DNA of 64,000 bases. Source: Gemmatimonadota bacterium (GTDB lineage Bacteria; Gemmatimonadota; Gemmatimonadetes; Gemmatimonadales; GWC2-71-9). The stretch spans positions 32,001 through 96,000 of the forward strand of contig JAZDCZ010000409.1 in the NCBI GenBank assembly GCA_036679605.1, in the 5' to 3' direction. This document shows positions 1 to 9,955 of this stretch, in pieces. Both the position numbers and the translations under genes were made by a program. The notes beneath the pieces were generated by a model that worked only from the letters and a program-made list of their open reading frames with translations, was not told the origin of the DNA and made no database searches. Position 1 is the stretch's first letter, and each line of letters begins with the position of its first letter.

Positions 1-658
1 TGTTCGCACCGTGCATCAGCGTGTGGCACGGGAATGCCGGCTCAAAGCCAAACGCCTGCCCCGCGTCTGTGCCGACGCACTCGTTGCCAAATCCCAGCAC
101 GTCCCGCTCCTCGATCAAGAACCGAACCGCGGCCGTGTCGGGCCCCGGCGAATGCGGACCGTCCTCGCCCGCGTTCAGAAACTCATCTGCACCAGTACGC
201 TTCGACCAGTTTGTGCAGAGCAGCACCCATGCCCCTGCCGGGATCCGGCCATGCTCCTTCTCCCAGGATTCCAAGCGCTCGGGAGTGAGAAGAAGATCAG
301 GATCGGCAGCGACCTCATCGATTACGTCGATGACGCATGCGGGTCCGATGAAACGCTGCGACAAGATATTGTCGGTCCGGTTGTTGTCATGGTCCTTTCC
401 AGTCACCCAATGGACCGGCGCATCGAAATGCGTGCCAGTGTGTTCACCGCAGGCGAACGCGCTCCAATACCAACCCGGACCGCGATCGTCATAGTGCGAC
501 AATTCGTTGATTGTAAACGGCGGCGACGCCGCAAACTCCGGTGGCAACTGTATGACCGGTGTGTCGGGAGAAAGAGGTTGTGTTAGATCGACCACTCTGA
601 GTCGCCCACTCGCGAGGTCTACAATTAGTGTAGCGAGGGTGTCGTTGTTCGACATCAT
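1..658 (-). CDS. Cyclase-family metal-dependent amidohydrolase (kynurenine formamidase/isatin hydrolase-like), runs off the window edge
   Basis: Not in the ORF track. Manual minus-strand translation from ATG 658 gives MMSNNDTLATLIVDLASGRLRVVDLTQPLSPDTPVIQLPPEF...WYWSAFACGEHTGTHFDAPVHW, containing the cyclase HxGTHxDAP motif. GGAG lies upstream. Confidence 0.9.
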   Translation of the reverse strand, partial: MMSNNDTLATLIVDLASGRLRVVDLTQPLSPDTPVIQLPPEFAASPPFTINELSHYDDRGPGWYWSAFACGEHTGTHFDAPVHWVTGKDHDNNRTDNILSQRFIGPACVIDVIDEVAADPDLLLTPERLESWEKEHGRIPAGAWVLLCTNWSKRTGADEFLNAGEDGPHSPGPDTAAVRFLIEERDVLGFGNECVGTDAGQAFGFEPAFPCHTLMHGAN

Positions 659-698
659 TGATTCGCTCCGCTCTCGAGTCCACTTGAAGCCATGGTGA

Positions 699-1832
699 TC
701 ACCGCAGGTACCGCCGGTGGCGCGTTAGGCTATCGAGCAACCGCTCGATGTCCTCCAAGTCGTTATAGAAGTGTGGTGATATCCTTAAGTTACCGTCGCG
801 GTAGGAAGTCACAATGTTATCTTCTGCCAGCGCCCCTACGATCGCCTGTTGGTCGCTCGCCTTGATCGCAATCATGGCACCGTGAGCATCGTCTTCGGCA
901 GGGGTGGCGAGCACCAGTCCTTGGGTCTGGACACCCTCTTTTATCGCCCTCGTAAGTCGGGAAATATCGGCCTCGATCTTCTCCACTCCCGTTGACTGGA
1001 TCAAGCCTACGCCGGCCAGTGCCGCGTACACGTTGGCCACCGGTGGCGTGCCCGACTCGAACCTTCGGGCGGTGGGCGACGGATCGTTCTGGTGAATATC
1101 CATGGCAAAGATATCGCGCTGTGCAAACCAGCCGGAATGAGTCGGCGTCAGCTGTTCGATGAGGTTCTGCCGCACATACAGCATCGCCGTGCCGGCAGAA
1201 CTCAGCAGATACTTGAGAGTGCCTCCCACCAGGAAATCGACATCCAGCCCCTTCACATCAATCGGAAACGTACCGAGCGCCTGATAGGCATCCAGCATCA
1301 CGAGTGCGCCGTGATCGTGCGCAAGATCGACAATCGGACGCACATCCTGCTTCGACCCGTTGCGGTAACACACCGACGCTATGGATACGAGCACAGTCCT
1401 GTCATCTATTATCTGCGCGTAGTCTTCGAATGGGATGCGTCCATCACATTCGGGCACGTGGCAAATCTCTGCACCTCTGCACTGTTGCGCATGCCAGATC
1501 TGGGCTACGGTGGGAAACTCCAAATCACTTATGACGATCTTATTGCGCTCACCTGAAAACTCGAGCGCACTTGCTAAGGCATTGACTCCGCCGGAGGCAC
1601 AGAAGGTTACGGCCACCTCATCCGGCCGAGCATTGATGAGACTCGCGAACGCTACTCGGGCCGATTCGTAGAGTTCGACCCATCGATCCCAATCGGAGCC
1701 GGCCTCGTTCCAATCGTCCAGATACTGCCGGTAGGCATCACGTACGTCTATAGACAGCGCTCCGTAAGAACAACTGTTGAGATAGGCCTTGTTTTCGAAA
1801 ATCGGAAAGCGCGATCGAATGGACATGTTCAA
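699..1832 (-). CDS. Class V PLP-dependent enzyme, kynureninase-like
   Basis: YLNSCSYG, DAYQALG, GGTLKYLL (PLP lysine), GWFAQ, RRFESGTP, RISPHFYN. Confidence 0.85.
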   Translation of the reverse strand: MNMSIRSRFPIFENKAYLNSCSYGALSIDVRDAYRQYLDDWNEAGSDWDRWVELYESARVAFASLINARPDEVAVTFCASGGVNALASALEFSGERNKIVISDLEFPTVAQIWHAQQCRGAEICHVPECDGRIPFEDYAQIIDDRTVLVSIASVCYRNGSKQDVRPIVDLAHDHGALVMLDAYQALGTFPIDVKGLDVDFLVGGTLKYLLSSAGTAMLYVRQNLIEQLTPTHSGWFAQRDIFAMDIHQNDPSPTARRFESGTPPVANVYAALAGVGLIQSTGVEKIEADISRLTRAIKEGVQTQGLVLATPAEDDAHGAMIAIKASDQQAIVGALAEDNIVTSYRDGNLRISPHFYNDLEDIERLLDSLTRHRRYLR

Positions 1833-1853
1833 TCAGTTCTGAAAAACCCGATG

Positions 1854-2213
1854 CTAATCGAGTTCCACGAGTCCAATCGTGTCCGGCTTGTTAGGTACGA
1901 TGCAAATAAACTCGAACGGCTCCTCCCCTGTCGGGTTGTACCAGTGCGCGACACCCGCGGGAATGTATACTACATCGTCTTTCTTGACTTCGATGATATC
2001 GTCACCGATGCCGATCTGTGCCTTGCCACGGAGCACATATTGCTCGTGCTCCACGGTGTTGGTGTGTGGTGGCATACTCCCACCAGGTTCGATTGTGAAC
2101 TTGCGCATAGAAAAATTGGGAGCCTCGTCCGCACCTACGAGTACCTGGCGGGTGATCCCTATACCGACCTCCACCGGTTCCGCAGCAATCTCGCGTGCTT
2201 GTTTTACCGTCAC
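1854..2213 (-). CDS. Cupin domain protein
   Basis: PGGSMPPHTN..EHEQYVLRG and DVVYIPAGVAH cupin motifs; GGAGG before the GTG start. Confidence 0.85.
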   Translation of the reverse strand: MTVKQAREIAAEPVEVGIGITRQVLVGADEAPNFSMRKFTIEPGGSMPPHTNTVEHEQYVLRGKAQIGIGDDIIEVKKDDVVYIPAGVAHWYNPTGEEPFEFICIVPNKPDTIGLVELD

Positions 2214-2694
2214 TTAGGACCTCCAATTAGGATCGATCAAGATACCCATAATATAAAATGTCGGACTGCTCTCAATCTGACGATGTGGATATTAGCGACT
2301 TCAGCTTGGCACCGATTGTCACGCCTAGGGCCCTCCTCCATGGTCAAACTCCTTACGACGAGGTTGGACAGCCTCCACATATCCCGATGAGGCACACAGA
2401 TTTGATACCTTGGGCAGGATTTGGATACTCGGCCTTGCCGAGCTTATCTTATCTTGTCACCGAAGTGGCTCGGTGCCCAAGGCTTGCAAAGGGGGTCCGT
2501 TCAAATGGTTTGGAATCCACTCCATGCACTGGCGTTTACTTTGGTGAGGCTGCACATTTAGTCCTACCCAGTATCGCACTTGTGGGGTCCACCCAATTGA
2601 TCGAGAAGCTTGATCAGGCCCATGGCACCATCGAAGAGATGAGCGGCTCCTAGGCCTGGAAGAAAACAACTAAGACCAAGATGGAGAAGCCGTT

Positions 2695-2874
2695 ATGAGG
2701 AAGATGTACTGCCCCAACTGCGGTGGCGAACGCACCGACGGTTCCATGCCTGAGATTCCCTGCGACACATGCGATTTGGCGATGCCGCGCATCGGTGAGC
2801 CGTGCGTGTGTGAAAAAAAGGATTCGGGTGTGAGGCCGTCCAGTGATCACGCCCCAAGACCTTCGTCAGGCTAG
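2695..2874 (+). CDS. Small Cys-rich (zinc-ribbon-like) protein, 59 aa
   Basis: MRKMYCPNCGGERTDGSMPEIPCDTCDLAMPRIGEPCVCEKK...; GGAG at 2683-2686; below the ORF-track size cutoff. Confidence 0.55.
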   Translation: MRKMYCPNCGGERTDGSMPEIPCDTCDLAMPRIGEPCVCEKKDSGVRPSSDHAPRPSSG

Positions 2875-3687
2875 GTCGTACCGCGATTGTGGTAGCATGA
2901 CAGAGAGACCGATCATGGCAAGGAGCGCCAGGTTGGGAAACAGAAACGGCGTGAAGATCGGAGCGCCGTAAAGAAAATTCTCCCACAGCCCGCCAGGTCC
3001 TGTGAGATTGGCCTGCAAGTGAAAGAAGAACCCAAGCACTCCCACCGCTACTTGGATGGCGAGCACGCCTAGGCAGATCTTTAGAAAGCGCGGGTTCGCC
3101 GGGCTCGCCACCGCGACGAGCAGGGCACCGATCGCGTAGGCGCTGGCAACTACTGGAATCCATTCAGCGAACTCGAAGAAACCGTTCTGTGCATGATCCA
3201 GTAAGGACAGCACGAAGTTCCCAACAAACCCTGCCAGCGCGAGAAACACCACCCATTGTCCCCATGCCAGTGACGAGTGCTTTTCCATTCGGTTGAGCAA
3301 GACTAGCAGGCCGAGTCCTGCGTACGAGAGTGGCGCAGCAAACGGCGCCATATAAACAAGGTTACGGATGGTCTGGTTCTGGAAGAAGTGGCTGTCCAGA
3401 TGAAGCAACATCCCAATCACTCCCACGCCGATACCCGCCCAACCCACGATGCCGCCAATTCGTGTCGGGACCCACTCCACCGCGCCAACGATAGCGCGCA
3501 GGGTTCCGGGCACTAGGATCACCGTCGCGACTATCGAGAACCCGAACGGGATCCACTCAGCCCAGTGGCGGAACGAATTGATCGAGTGAGCGATGTAGAT
3601 GTCCACGGCCAGAAATGCGAAGTTCGCGGTGACGAAGGCCTCGAGGAACACCGCCGGGTCCTTCAGCCGCATTGGGCGCAGCGTCAC
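2866..3687 (-). CDS. Polytopic membrane protein (~8 TM) with an internal two-fold repeat and 4 repeated His
   Basis: Repeated HxxNxFxxxAEWIP, VGVxGxxxHL and YxAPxxxP segments; 4-bp overlap with the upstream cytochrome gene. Confidence 0.8.
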   Translation of the reverse strand: MTLRPMRLKDPAVFLEAFVTANFAFLAVDIYIAHSINSFRHWAEWIPFGFSIVATVILVPGTLRAIVGAVEWVPTRIGGIVGWAGIGVGVIGMLLHLDSHFFQNQTIRNLVYMAPFAAPLSYAGLGLLVLLNRMEKHSSLAWGQWVVFLALAGFVGNFVLSLLDHAQNGFFEFAEWIPVVASAYAIGALLVAVASPANPRFLKICLGVLAIQVAVGVLGFFFHLQANLTGPGGLWENFLYGAPIFTPFLFPNLALLAMIGLSVMLPQSRYDLA

Positions 3688-4919
3688 TGCCGAGGTCCGC
3701 GCCGGCGCAAGTCGGCCGCGATCTCCTCCAATTCACTGAGCTTCAAGAGCAACTCGTAATTGCCATGCCACTGCACGAAGTCGGGACCACCCATGAACGC
3801 CCCGTGCTTGGTCGTTCGGCCATAATAGTGCCAAATGTCGAACGCTAGAAACTTGATGGGTGCGTCAAACGGCACACCGCTGATCAGTCCAGCAGACCGC
3901 AGTTCGCTCATGATGTCCAGGCTCTTCTGCACCTTGTCGTTGGTTGATTCGACCACCTCCTCCGCTGCCGCGTAGAACGCCTCGATCCGCGGTTTCGCGT
4001 GACACTTCATGCAGACCTCTTGCATTTCGGTCTGGCCTCTGGCATAAGTGGGGCGCTTCTCCGAGATAGCGGCAAACAACCAGTACGAGAGCCGCTCGGT
4101 CACGTCATGGGTGAACTTCATCCCTTCCAATCCACTCATATGGCAGGTTGCACAAGTCGGTACGGGCATGTCTGCGGTCGTCAGATTTCTCGGATCGGCT
4201 TTCAGGTTCAATGACGCGCGCTGCGAGTTGAAAAGCACCCCGTGCTTCGACTCATTGTATATCTCTACCTGCGAGTGGTCCGGCCCCATATGGCACTGGC
4301 CACAGGTGGCCGGTTCACGAGCCAAGGCAACTGACGAGATATGGGCCGCGTGGCACTCGGTACAATTTCCTATCGAGCCGTCGTCATTCGGCTGCCCAAT
4401 ATCGTGGCACGCCTGACAGCCAGACTCGGCGGCGCCCGCTCCCTCCAACCTGGCCAGCGCATTGGCCGGTCGTTGTACGGCACCGGGATGAAACCTCTCG
4501 GCGAAGTCGATCATCTCCTGCGTGAAATCCTGACTTCCCCGAACGGCGGCCCACGCGGGCGCTCCGTGACGGCTGCGAACAAACTGATCGTATTGCGTCG
4601 AATGGCATTGTTCGCAACTCTGGGCCGTCGACATCTTCGCGATCGTAAAGCCCCGATGGTCCAGCGCCTCCTGCCCTTCCAACACCTGATGGCAGTCCAA
4701 ACAGGTCACTCCCTTGCCGGCATGCACGCTCCGCTCGAACTGATGGACGATAGCTCCGGTTTCTTTTGCATGGCATTCGGCACATTTACCGGTCGCTCGT
4801 ACGAATTGAGCATTCGGCTGAGCGGTATCTCTCGTGGGACGTGCCCGATTCAGGAGGAGCGCCGATACTACCAGCGCGGTACCAATAACGACGGCTATGA
4901 AAACAGATCGGAACTGCAT
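3684..4919 (-). CDS. Octahaem cytochrome c, hydroxylamine oxidoreductase (Hao)-family
   Basis: Eight CxxCH motifs (CAECH, CLDCH, CEQCH, CQACH, CTECH, CGQCH, CATCH, CMKCH); CHMGPDH..EIYNESKHG; N-terminal TM segment; AGGAG before ATG 4919. Confidence 0.9.
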   Translation of the reverse strand: MQFRSVFIAVVIGTALVVSALLLNRARPTRDTAQPNAQFVRATGKCAECHAKETGAIVHQFERSVHAGKGVTCLDCHQVLEGQEALDHRGFTIAKMSTAQSCEQCHSTQYDQFVRSRHGAPAWAAVRGSQDFTQEMIDFAERFHPGAVQRPANALARLEGAGAAESGCQACHDIGQPNDDGSIGNCTECHAAHISSVALAREPATCGQCHMGPDHSQVEIYNESKHGVLFNSQRASLNLKADPRNLTTADMPVPTCATCHMSGLEGMKFTHDVTERLSYWLFAAISEKRPTYARGQTEMQEVCMKCHAKPRIEAFYAAAEEVVESTNDKVQKSLDIMSELRSAGLISGVPFDAPIKFLAFDIWHYYGRTTKHGAFMGGPDFVQWHGNYELLLKLSELEEIAADLRRRGPRQ

Positions 4920-5117
4920 CCAAGGTCTCCTGGTCGAGGGATGACACCCAACAGTCTTGGCCTGACTATGCAATTACAAGATGGTACACGGTCGGCGATA
5001 GCGCGAGCATCCAAGGTCTTGTCAGGAGGGCTCGACAGCGCCAATATCTCAGAACATACTTTGGACCTCGGCAAATCAAGTTCCTATCGAAAACGAGCCC
5101 CATGCAAACGCCTACGC

Positions 5118-7963
5118 ATGACTGACCAAGTAGAACGCCTCAGGGCAGCTCTGGCTGACCGATACCGGATCGAGCACGAGCTGGGCAGTGGTGGGATGGC
5201 CACTGTATATCTCGCAGAGGACCTGAAGCTCCGCCGCAAAGTTGCTGTAAAGGTGCTGCGACCCGACCTGGCAGCGACGCTCGGTTCGGAGCGGTTCATC
5301 CGCGAAATTGAGGTTGCTGCCAAGCTCCATCACCCCCATATCTTGCCACTCCATGATTCGGGAGAGGCCGATGGGTTTCTCTACTATGTGATGCCCTACG
5401 AAGAAGGCGAATCGCTGCGAGAAAAGCTGACGAAGGAGGGCGAGCTACCCATCATGGAGGCTGTGAGCCTCCTCAGGGATGTGGTGGATGCGCTAGCCCA
5501 CGCGCACGAGCACGGGGTGGTGCACCGTGACATCAAGCCGGACAACGTCATGGTGGCGGGGCGGCATGCATTGGTGACGGATTTCGGCATCGCGAAGGCG
5601 GTGACCGAAGCAACCGGACGCCAGCAACTCACCACCGTGGGCGTTGCACTCGGCACGCCTCTCTATATGGCGCCGGAGCAGGCGTCAGGTGATCCGAACA
5701 TCGACCATCGGGTGGACATCTATGCCGTAGGTGTACTGGCCTACGAACTGCTGACGGGACGGCCGCCCTTCACCGGCACCACACCACAGATGGTGCTCTC
5801 CGCACACATCACGGAAGCACCTGAACCGATAACGAAGTACCGAGAGACTGTACCGCCCGCGCTGGCGCTGCTGGTGATGCGGTGCTTGGAGAAGAAGCCC
5901 GCCGACCGGTGGCAGAGTGCTGAAGAGTTGCTGTCACAACTTGGAGCGCTGGCGACGCCGAGCGGCGGGATCACACCGGCGCAAGGAGTGGCGCCTACGC
6001 GTCCCGTATCGCGGAAGCGTTGGTATACGGCCGGTGCAGTTTTGTTCGGAGTAATCCTCGTCACGGCGTTTGCGACGTCTCGATTCGTGAAGGTCGGCGG
6101 CTCGGGCACGCTCATTGGACAGAATGTATTAGCCGAGCACGATCTGATTCTCGTGGCGGAGTTCGAGAATCGCACGGCCGATTCACTGCTTGGTGCGACC
6201 GTCACGGACGCAATTCGGGTCGAGTTGCAGCAGTCGCCGGTAGTGGCGGTGATGGGGCAGCAAAGCATGTGGGATGGGATGCGACGCATGGGACTGGAAC
6301 CGGGGGCGGAACTGCCGGGCGATCAGGTCCGCGACCTGGCCGAGAGAGAGAATGCCAAAGCCTATGTGATCGGTGACGTCGGTCGGCTTGGCGCCGGGTA
6401 CCAACTCACGGCGCGCGTGGTTGCCACGGCCGGCGGGAGCGAAGCGCTGACGGTACGAACGACTGCGCCCGACGACGCCGGACTCATCGGAGCTGTCGAG
6501 GACCTCGGCAGGCAGCTCCGTCGAGATATCGGTGAATCACTGCGAACCGTGCGAGCAGCGCCGCCGCTGGCTCGGGTCACCACAGCCTCTCTTCCTGCGC
6601 TCCGCGCCCACATGGCTGGAGTGCGGGCGGCGAACGACGGGGACTTCAGCCGCGCGATCGCGCTGCTGCAGGAGGCCGTCAGCTTGGATACCACCTTCGC
6701 CGCAGCTTGGACCTCACTATCGGCCATCTATACCAATCAGAATCGGTACAACCTGGCCATGGGGGCGCTGGCTCGCGCGTTCGCGTTTCGCGACAGGCTT
6801 ACCGAATTGGAACGGCTCGGTGTCACTGCGTCATATCACCTGAGTCGGCGTGAGTTCACCGAGGCCGAGGCGGCGTACATCCGACTCTCCGAATTGCAGC
6901 CCGAATTAGGGCCTCCCGCGGCCTACGCGGAACTCCTGCTCCAATCCGGTCGCTTGACCGAAGCCGAAGCGATCTCACTGCAGACGATCGAGGCACAACC
7001 ACAAGTCGCTGTGCCGTACTGGAACGCGGTGGAGGCGCAAGTGGCGCAGCGGCGATTCCACGCCGGCGATTCCACGCGGCCGACTCGACGCTGGCAGTGA
7101 TGGCTCGCCACCTACCCGGCCACCCATGGCTGGGGGATCTCAAGAACCGCGTGAACTTCGCCGAACGCGACTTCGACAAGGCCGAGGCGTTTTGGGATGC
7201 CGTGGAGGCACGGGGGTTCGACGGGCCCCCGGGTTACTCGCAATCGCAACGCTGCGCCATAGCAGGGTACCGTGGCCGGATGGCCGAGATGGAAAAGTGT
7301 TTGCCCCAAGGGAGGTCCGGGAGCTTCGAGATGGCGCTCGCCGCCGTGCGGTTTACCGGGGACACTGCCTCGGCCGGCGGGCGACCGATCGACGTCGATA
7401 CACTGCTGGCAACTGAGGGCGTTCCGTCACGGGTGGTTGGTCAGGTCATTCTCGGTCTCGCGGAGATCGGGCGCATGTCTGATGCGCGCCGGCTCATGGA
7501 CGGGTGGCGTGAACGCTATGGTCCCGAGGATCTCGGGTACCGTGTCTATGTCGGGATGGCCGCCGGAGCGATCGCCCTGGCCGAAGGCGACCCGGATAGT
7601 GCCGCGTCGGCGTTCCTTGCCTACAACCAGTCGGGATACGTAGGGGCAGAGCACGTCTACAACCGTGGGCTTCCCGAGGCAGCAAACGCAATAGATGTGG
7701 CCGGCCAGCCGGACTCGGCCATCGCGCTCTACGAACGCGCGCTCGCGTCACCGTCGGTGTTCGGGAACTTATACGAACTCACTTGGTATCCGCTGGCCCT
7801 CCACCGCCTTGGCGAACTGCACGAATCGCTGGGACATCGGGATGAGGCCATCGACTATTATCAGCGCTTCATCGAGCTGTGGAATGAGGCCGATCCCGAA
7901 CTCCAGCCACAGGTGAAGGCCGCTCGGGACCGACTTACTGGGCTTGTTGGGGAGCGTCGCTAG
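5118..7963 (+). pseudogene. Membrane-anchored Ser/Thr protein kinase with C-terminal TPR-like region, frameshifted into 5118-7100 and 7097-7963
   Basis: GSGGMATV, VAVK, HRDIKPDN, DFG and APE motifs, then a TM helix. Removing one copy of the 14-bp duplication at 7050-7077 restores one 943-aa frame. Confidence 0.85.
7050..7077 (+). repeat. Exact 14-bp tandem duplication CGGCGATTCCACGC x2
   Basis: 7050-7063 is identical to 7064-7077. Confidence 0.95.
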
Positions 7964-8021
7964 ACGAAATCCCGACTGGGCCCGGGGACCGCCGGCATCT
8001 ACCTTTTGATCGCATGATTTT

Positions 8022-9242
8022 CTACAACCCTTCGTTTGGTGGTGTGGCGTACTCGTTTGATATCTGGCGGCGGATGAACTGGTTAAGCAGCGGTACTGCA
8101 AAGGAGTAGCGGCCGTGTCTGTTCTTGTAGATCAAGCCCGAGTTTGAGAGCGCCACGAGCATCTGACTAATGTGACTTGAGCTAAACGGCTTGTTCAGCA
8201 GCTGTTTGGACTTCTCGGCGATCTCCTGGACGGTAAACTCGGCCGCGGCGGCGTCCAGTTGCGCGATGACTGTCATTAACTCCCGCTGTCGATCAGTTGC
8301 GCGGGCCCAGCGACCTGCAAAGAAGTCAGTGTCCAGTTTTCTTCTGATTTCGGCAACTGGAACCCTTGGTTGTCCCTGCACGAATGCGTCATAGACCTCG
8401 CGGCAGATGAACTGAATGAAATAAGGATAGCCACCTGAGACTTCTACGATGAGTTTGATGGATAGCTCATCTAGCTTGACAGGGCAGCGGGTGTTCTCGA
8501 TTGGCTTCAGTATCGCGTCTCGGCTTTCCGGCTCTGCGAGGCTATCTAAGAACACAACACGGAACATCCGCTCAGCAAAGGTTCGGGCCTCCACCAGTTT
8601 TGGGAAGAGCGGTGGGAGCCCAGCCAGGACAAGCATGAATGGGATGTCTTTCTTCTGAATGGATTGAAAGACGTCAAGGAGCAAGGAAAGCGGGTAGTTG
8701 TCTTTCGCAGCGTGGTCCGCCAAGTTCTGCGCTTCATCGTAGGCAAAGATCAACCCGCTAGCAGAGGTCTGCTTCAGGACAGACCAAACCACCTCCAGGA
8801 CCTGTTTGAGTTTGTCGGAGGGCAGGCCAGGTGTGGACGTGTAGATTGACTGGAGAGTCTGGAAATCAAGTTTGATTTCATCTCGGGAGGGGGTCGCTCC
8901 AAATCCGATATTCGATCGTTCGCGTTCTCCCACTACGAACGATGCCGTCATGACGGAGAGATCGGTGAGGAGACGAAGGACTATTCTCTCTTCGCTGATG
9001 CTGGATGACTCGGATAGATCGGTGCCAACCCAACGCCATTTTTCCTGGATAGCGATGGGTTTCAAGGTGTCCAAGAGGACCGTCTTCCCAACACCCCGCA
9101 GCCCTGTGAGGACGAGATTCTCTAGAATCACCTCCTGCTCAAGCAAGCGCCTGAATTCCTCGGTTTCCTGGGCGCGACCTGCTAGGTATGGAGGTCTGTG
9201 GCCGGCTCCCGGACGAAACGGATTTGCGAATTCCTTAGCCAT
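8022..9242 (-). CDS. P-loop AAA-family ATPase with probable C-terminal winged helix
   Basis: NPFRPGAG..PPYLAGR, Walker A GLRGVGKT, Walker B FAYDEAQ, GGYPYFIQ, C-terminal GLIYKNRHGRYSF. Confidence 0.85.
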   Translation of the reverse strand: MAKEFANPFRPGAGHRPPYLAGRAQETEEFRRLLEQEVILENLVLTGLRGVGKTVLLDTLKPIAIQEKWRWVGTDLSESSSISEERIVLRLLTDLSVMTASFVVGERERSNIGFGATPSRDEIKLDFQTLQSIYTSTPGLPSDKLKQVLEVVWSVLKQTSASGLIFAYDEAQNLADHAAKDNYPLSLLLDVFQSIQKKDIPFMLVLAGLPPLFPKLVEARTFAERMFRVVFLDSLAEPESRDAILKPIENTRCPVKLDELSIKLIVEVSGGYPYFIQFICREVYDAFVQGQPRVPVAEIRRKLDTDFFAGRWARATDRQRELMTVIAQLDAAAAEFTVQEIAEKSKQLLNKPFSSSHISQMLVALSNSGLIYKNRHGRYSFAVPLLNQFIRRQISNEYATPPNEGL

Positions 9243-9251
9243 AGTAAGGAC

Positions 9252-9301
9252 AATTTAGGATAATATCTAACTTTATGCAATTGACTAAATTTAGTCTATT
9301 G
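9252..9301 (-). promoter_or_regulatory. Putative sigma70-type promoter(s) of the ATPase gene, overlapped by a palindromic operator
   Basis: Minus strand TAGACT-17-TAAAGT (9298-9270) and TTGCAT-17-TAAATT (9280-9252); perfect palindrome GACTAAATTTAGTC at 9283-9296. Confidence 0.5.
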
Positions 9302-9324
9302 TGTGTGGCAGTATTGATTCCACT

Positions 9325-9909
9325 TTACTCTTTTGATATCAACACCTTAGAGCTAACCTCTTGTCCTAACCTTGTGCGCATGACTACACCTGTTCGTGCC
9401 AACACTCCCACAGGCCACCCCTTCGCCTTTGCGCCCGAAGGACCGGTAAGGCTGATTGACCGTGCAAATCGGCCCGATCCGTCGAAAATCGAGGCACGCT
9501 GCGTGATGAGACCCTGAAGTACTATCAATGAGTCACTGCGATAGCGCATTAGATTGGTTATGGACTGAAACTCCCCCGGACCGGCGCCTTCGCCACCGGC
9601 TGTAGTTACGTGCACGCCGAGTGAATCGTACAGACGGATCGTCTTGGCACCGTTCTCGGCAACTATTATGGTACCGTTATCCAATAGAAGAGCATCTGCA
9701 ACACGATAAAGCGTGTACTCACCCGGTCCATCGACGGACCCAATGGACACGACCGGTAGGCTCGACACTCGCCAGCGGTTGGAGTCGGTCCACTCTGGTT
9801 GGAAAGACGTGACTACTCTGATGCCGGCGCTATCCGCCACAATCACGGCCGGGCGTTCAGTCCTCCCGCAGGCGGTGAGAAGTACTACAGCAACTGTCAG
9901 AAAGCGCAC
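9325..9909 (-). pseudogene. 3'-truncated beta-propeller-like lipoprotein (paralogue of 9956-11251)
   Basis: Lipobox LLTAC; shares DSAGIRVV, GGEGAGPGEF and DSLIV with its neighbour but stops at 194 aa where the DNA becomes AT-rich. Confidence 0.65.
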
Positions 9910-9955
9910 GATCGAATGGACGACCTCAGTTTGAAGAGAAGGCGATTTCTGGGAA

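Noticed and set aside
11..586. Plus-strand ORFs of 191 and 157 aa
   Set aside because: Antisense shadows of the minus-strand cyclase gene.
2258..2669. Possible ORF or IS remnant between the cupin and the microprotein
   Set aside because: No convincing motifs, terminal repeats or transposase signature.
4341..5117. 259-aa N-terminal extension of the kinase ORF
   Set aside because: Antisense to the octahaem gene; kinase similarity starts at ATG 5118.
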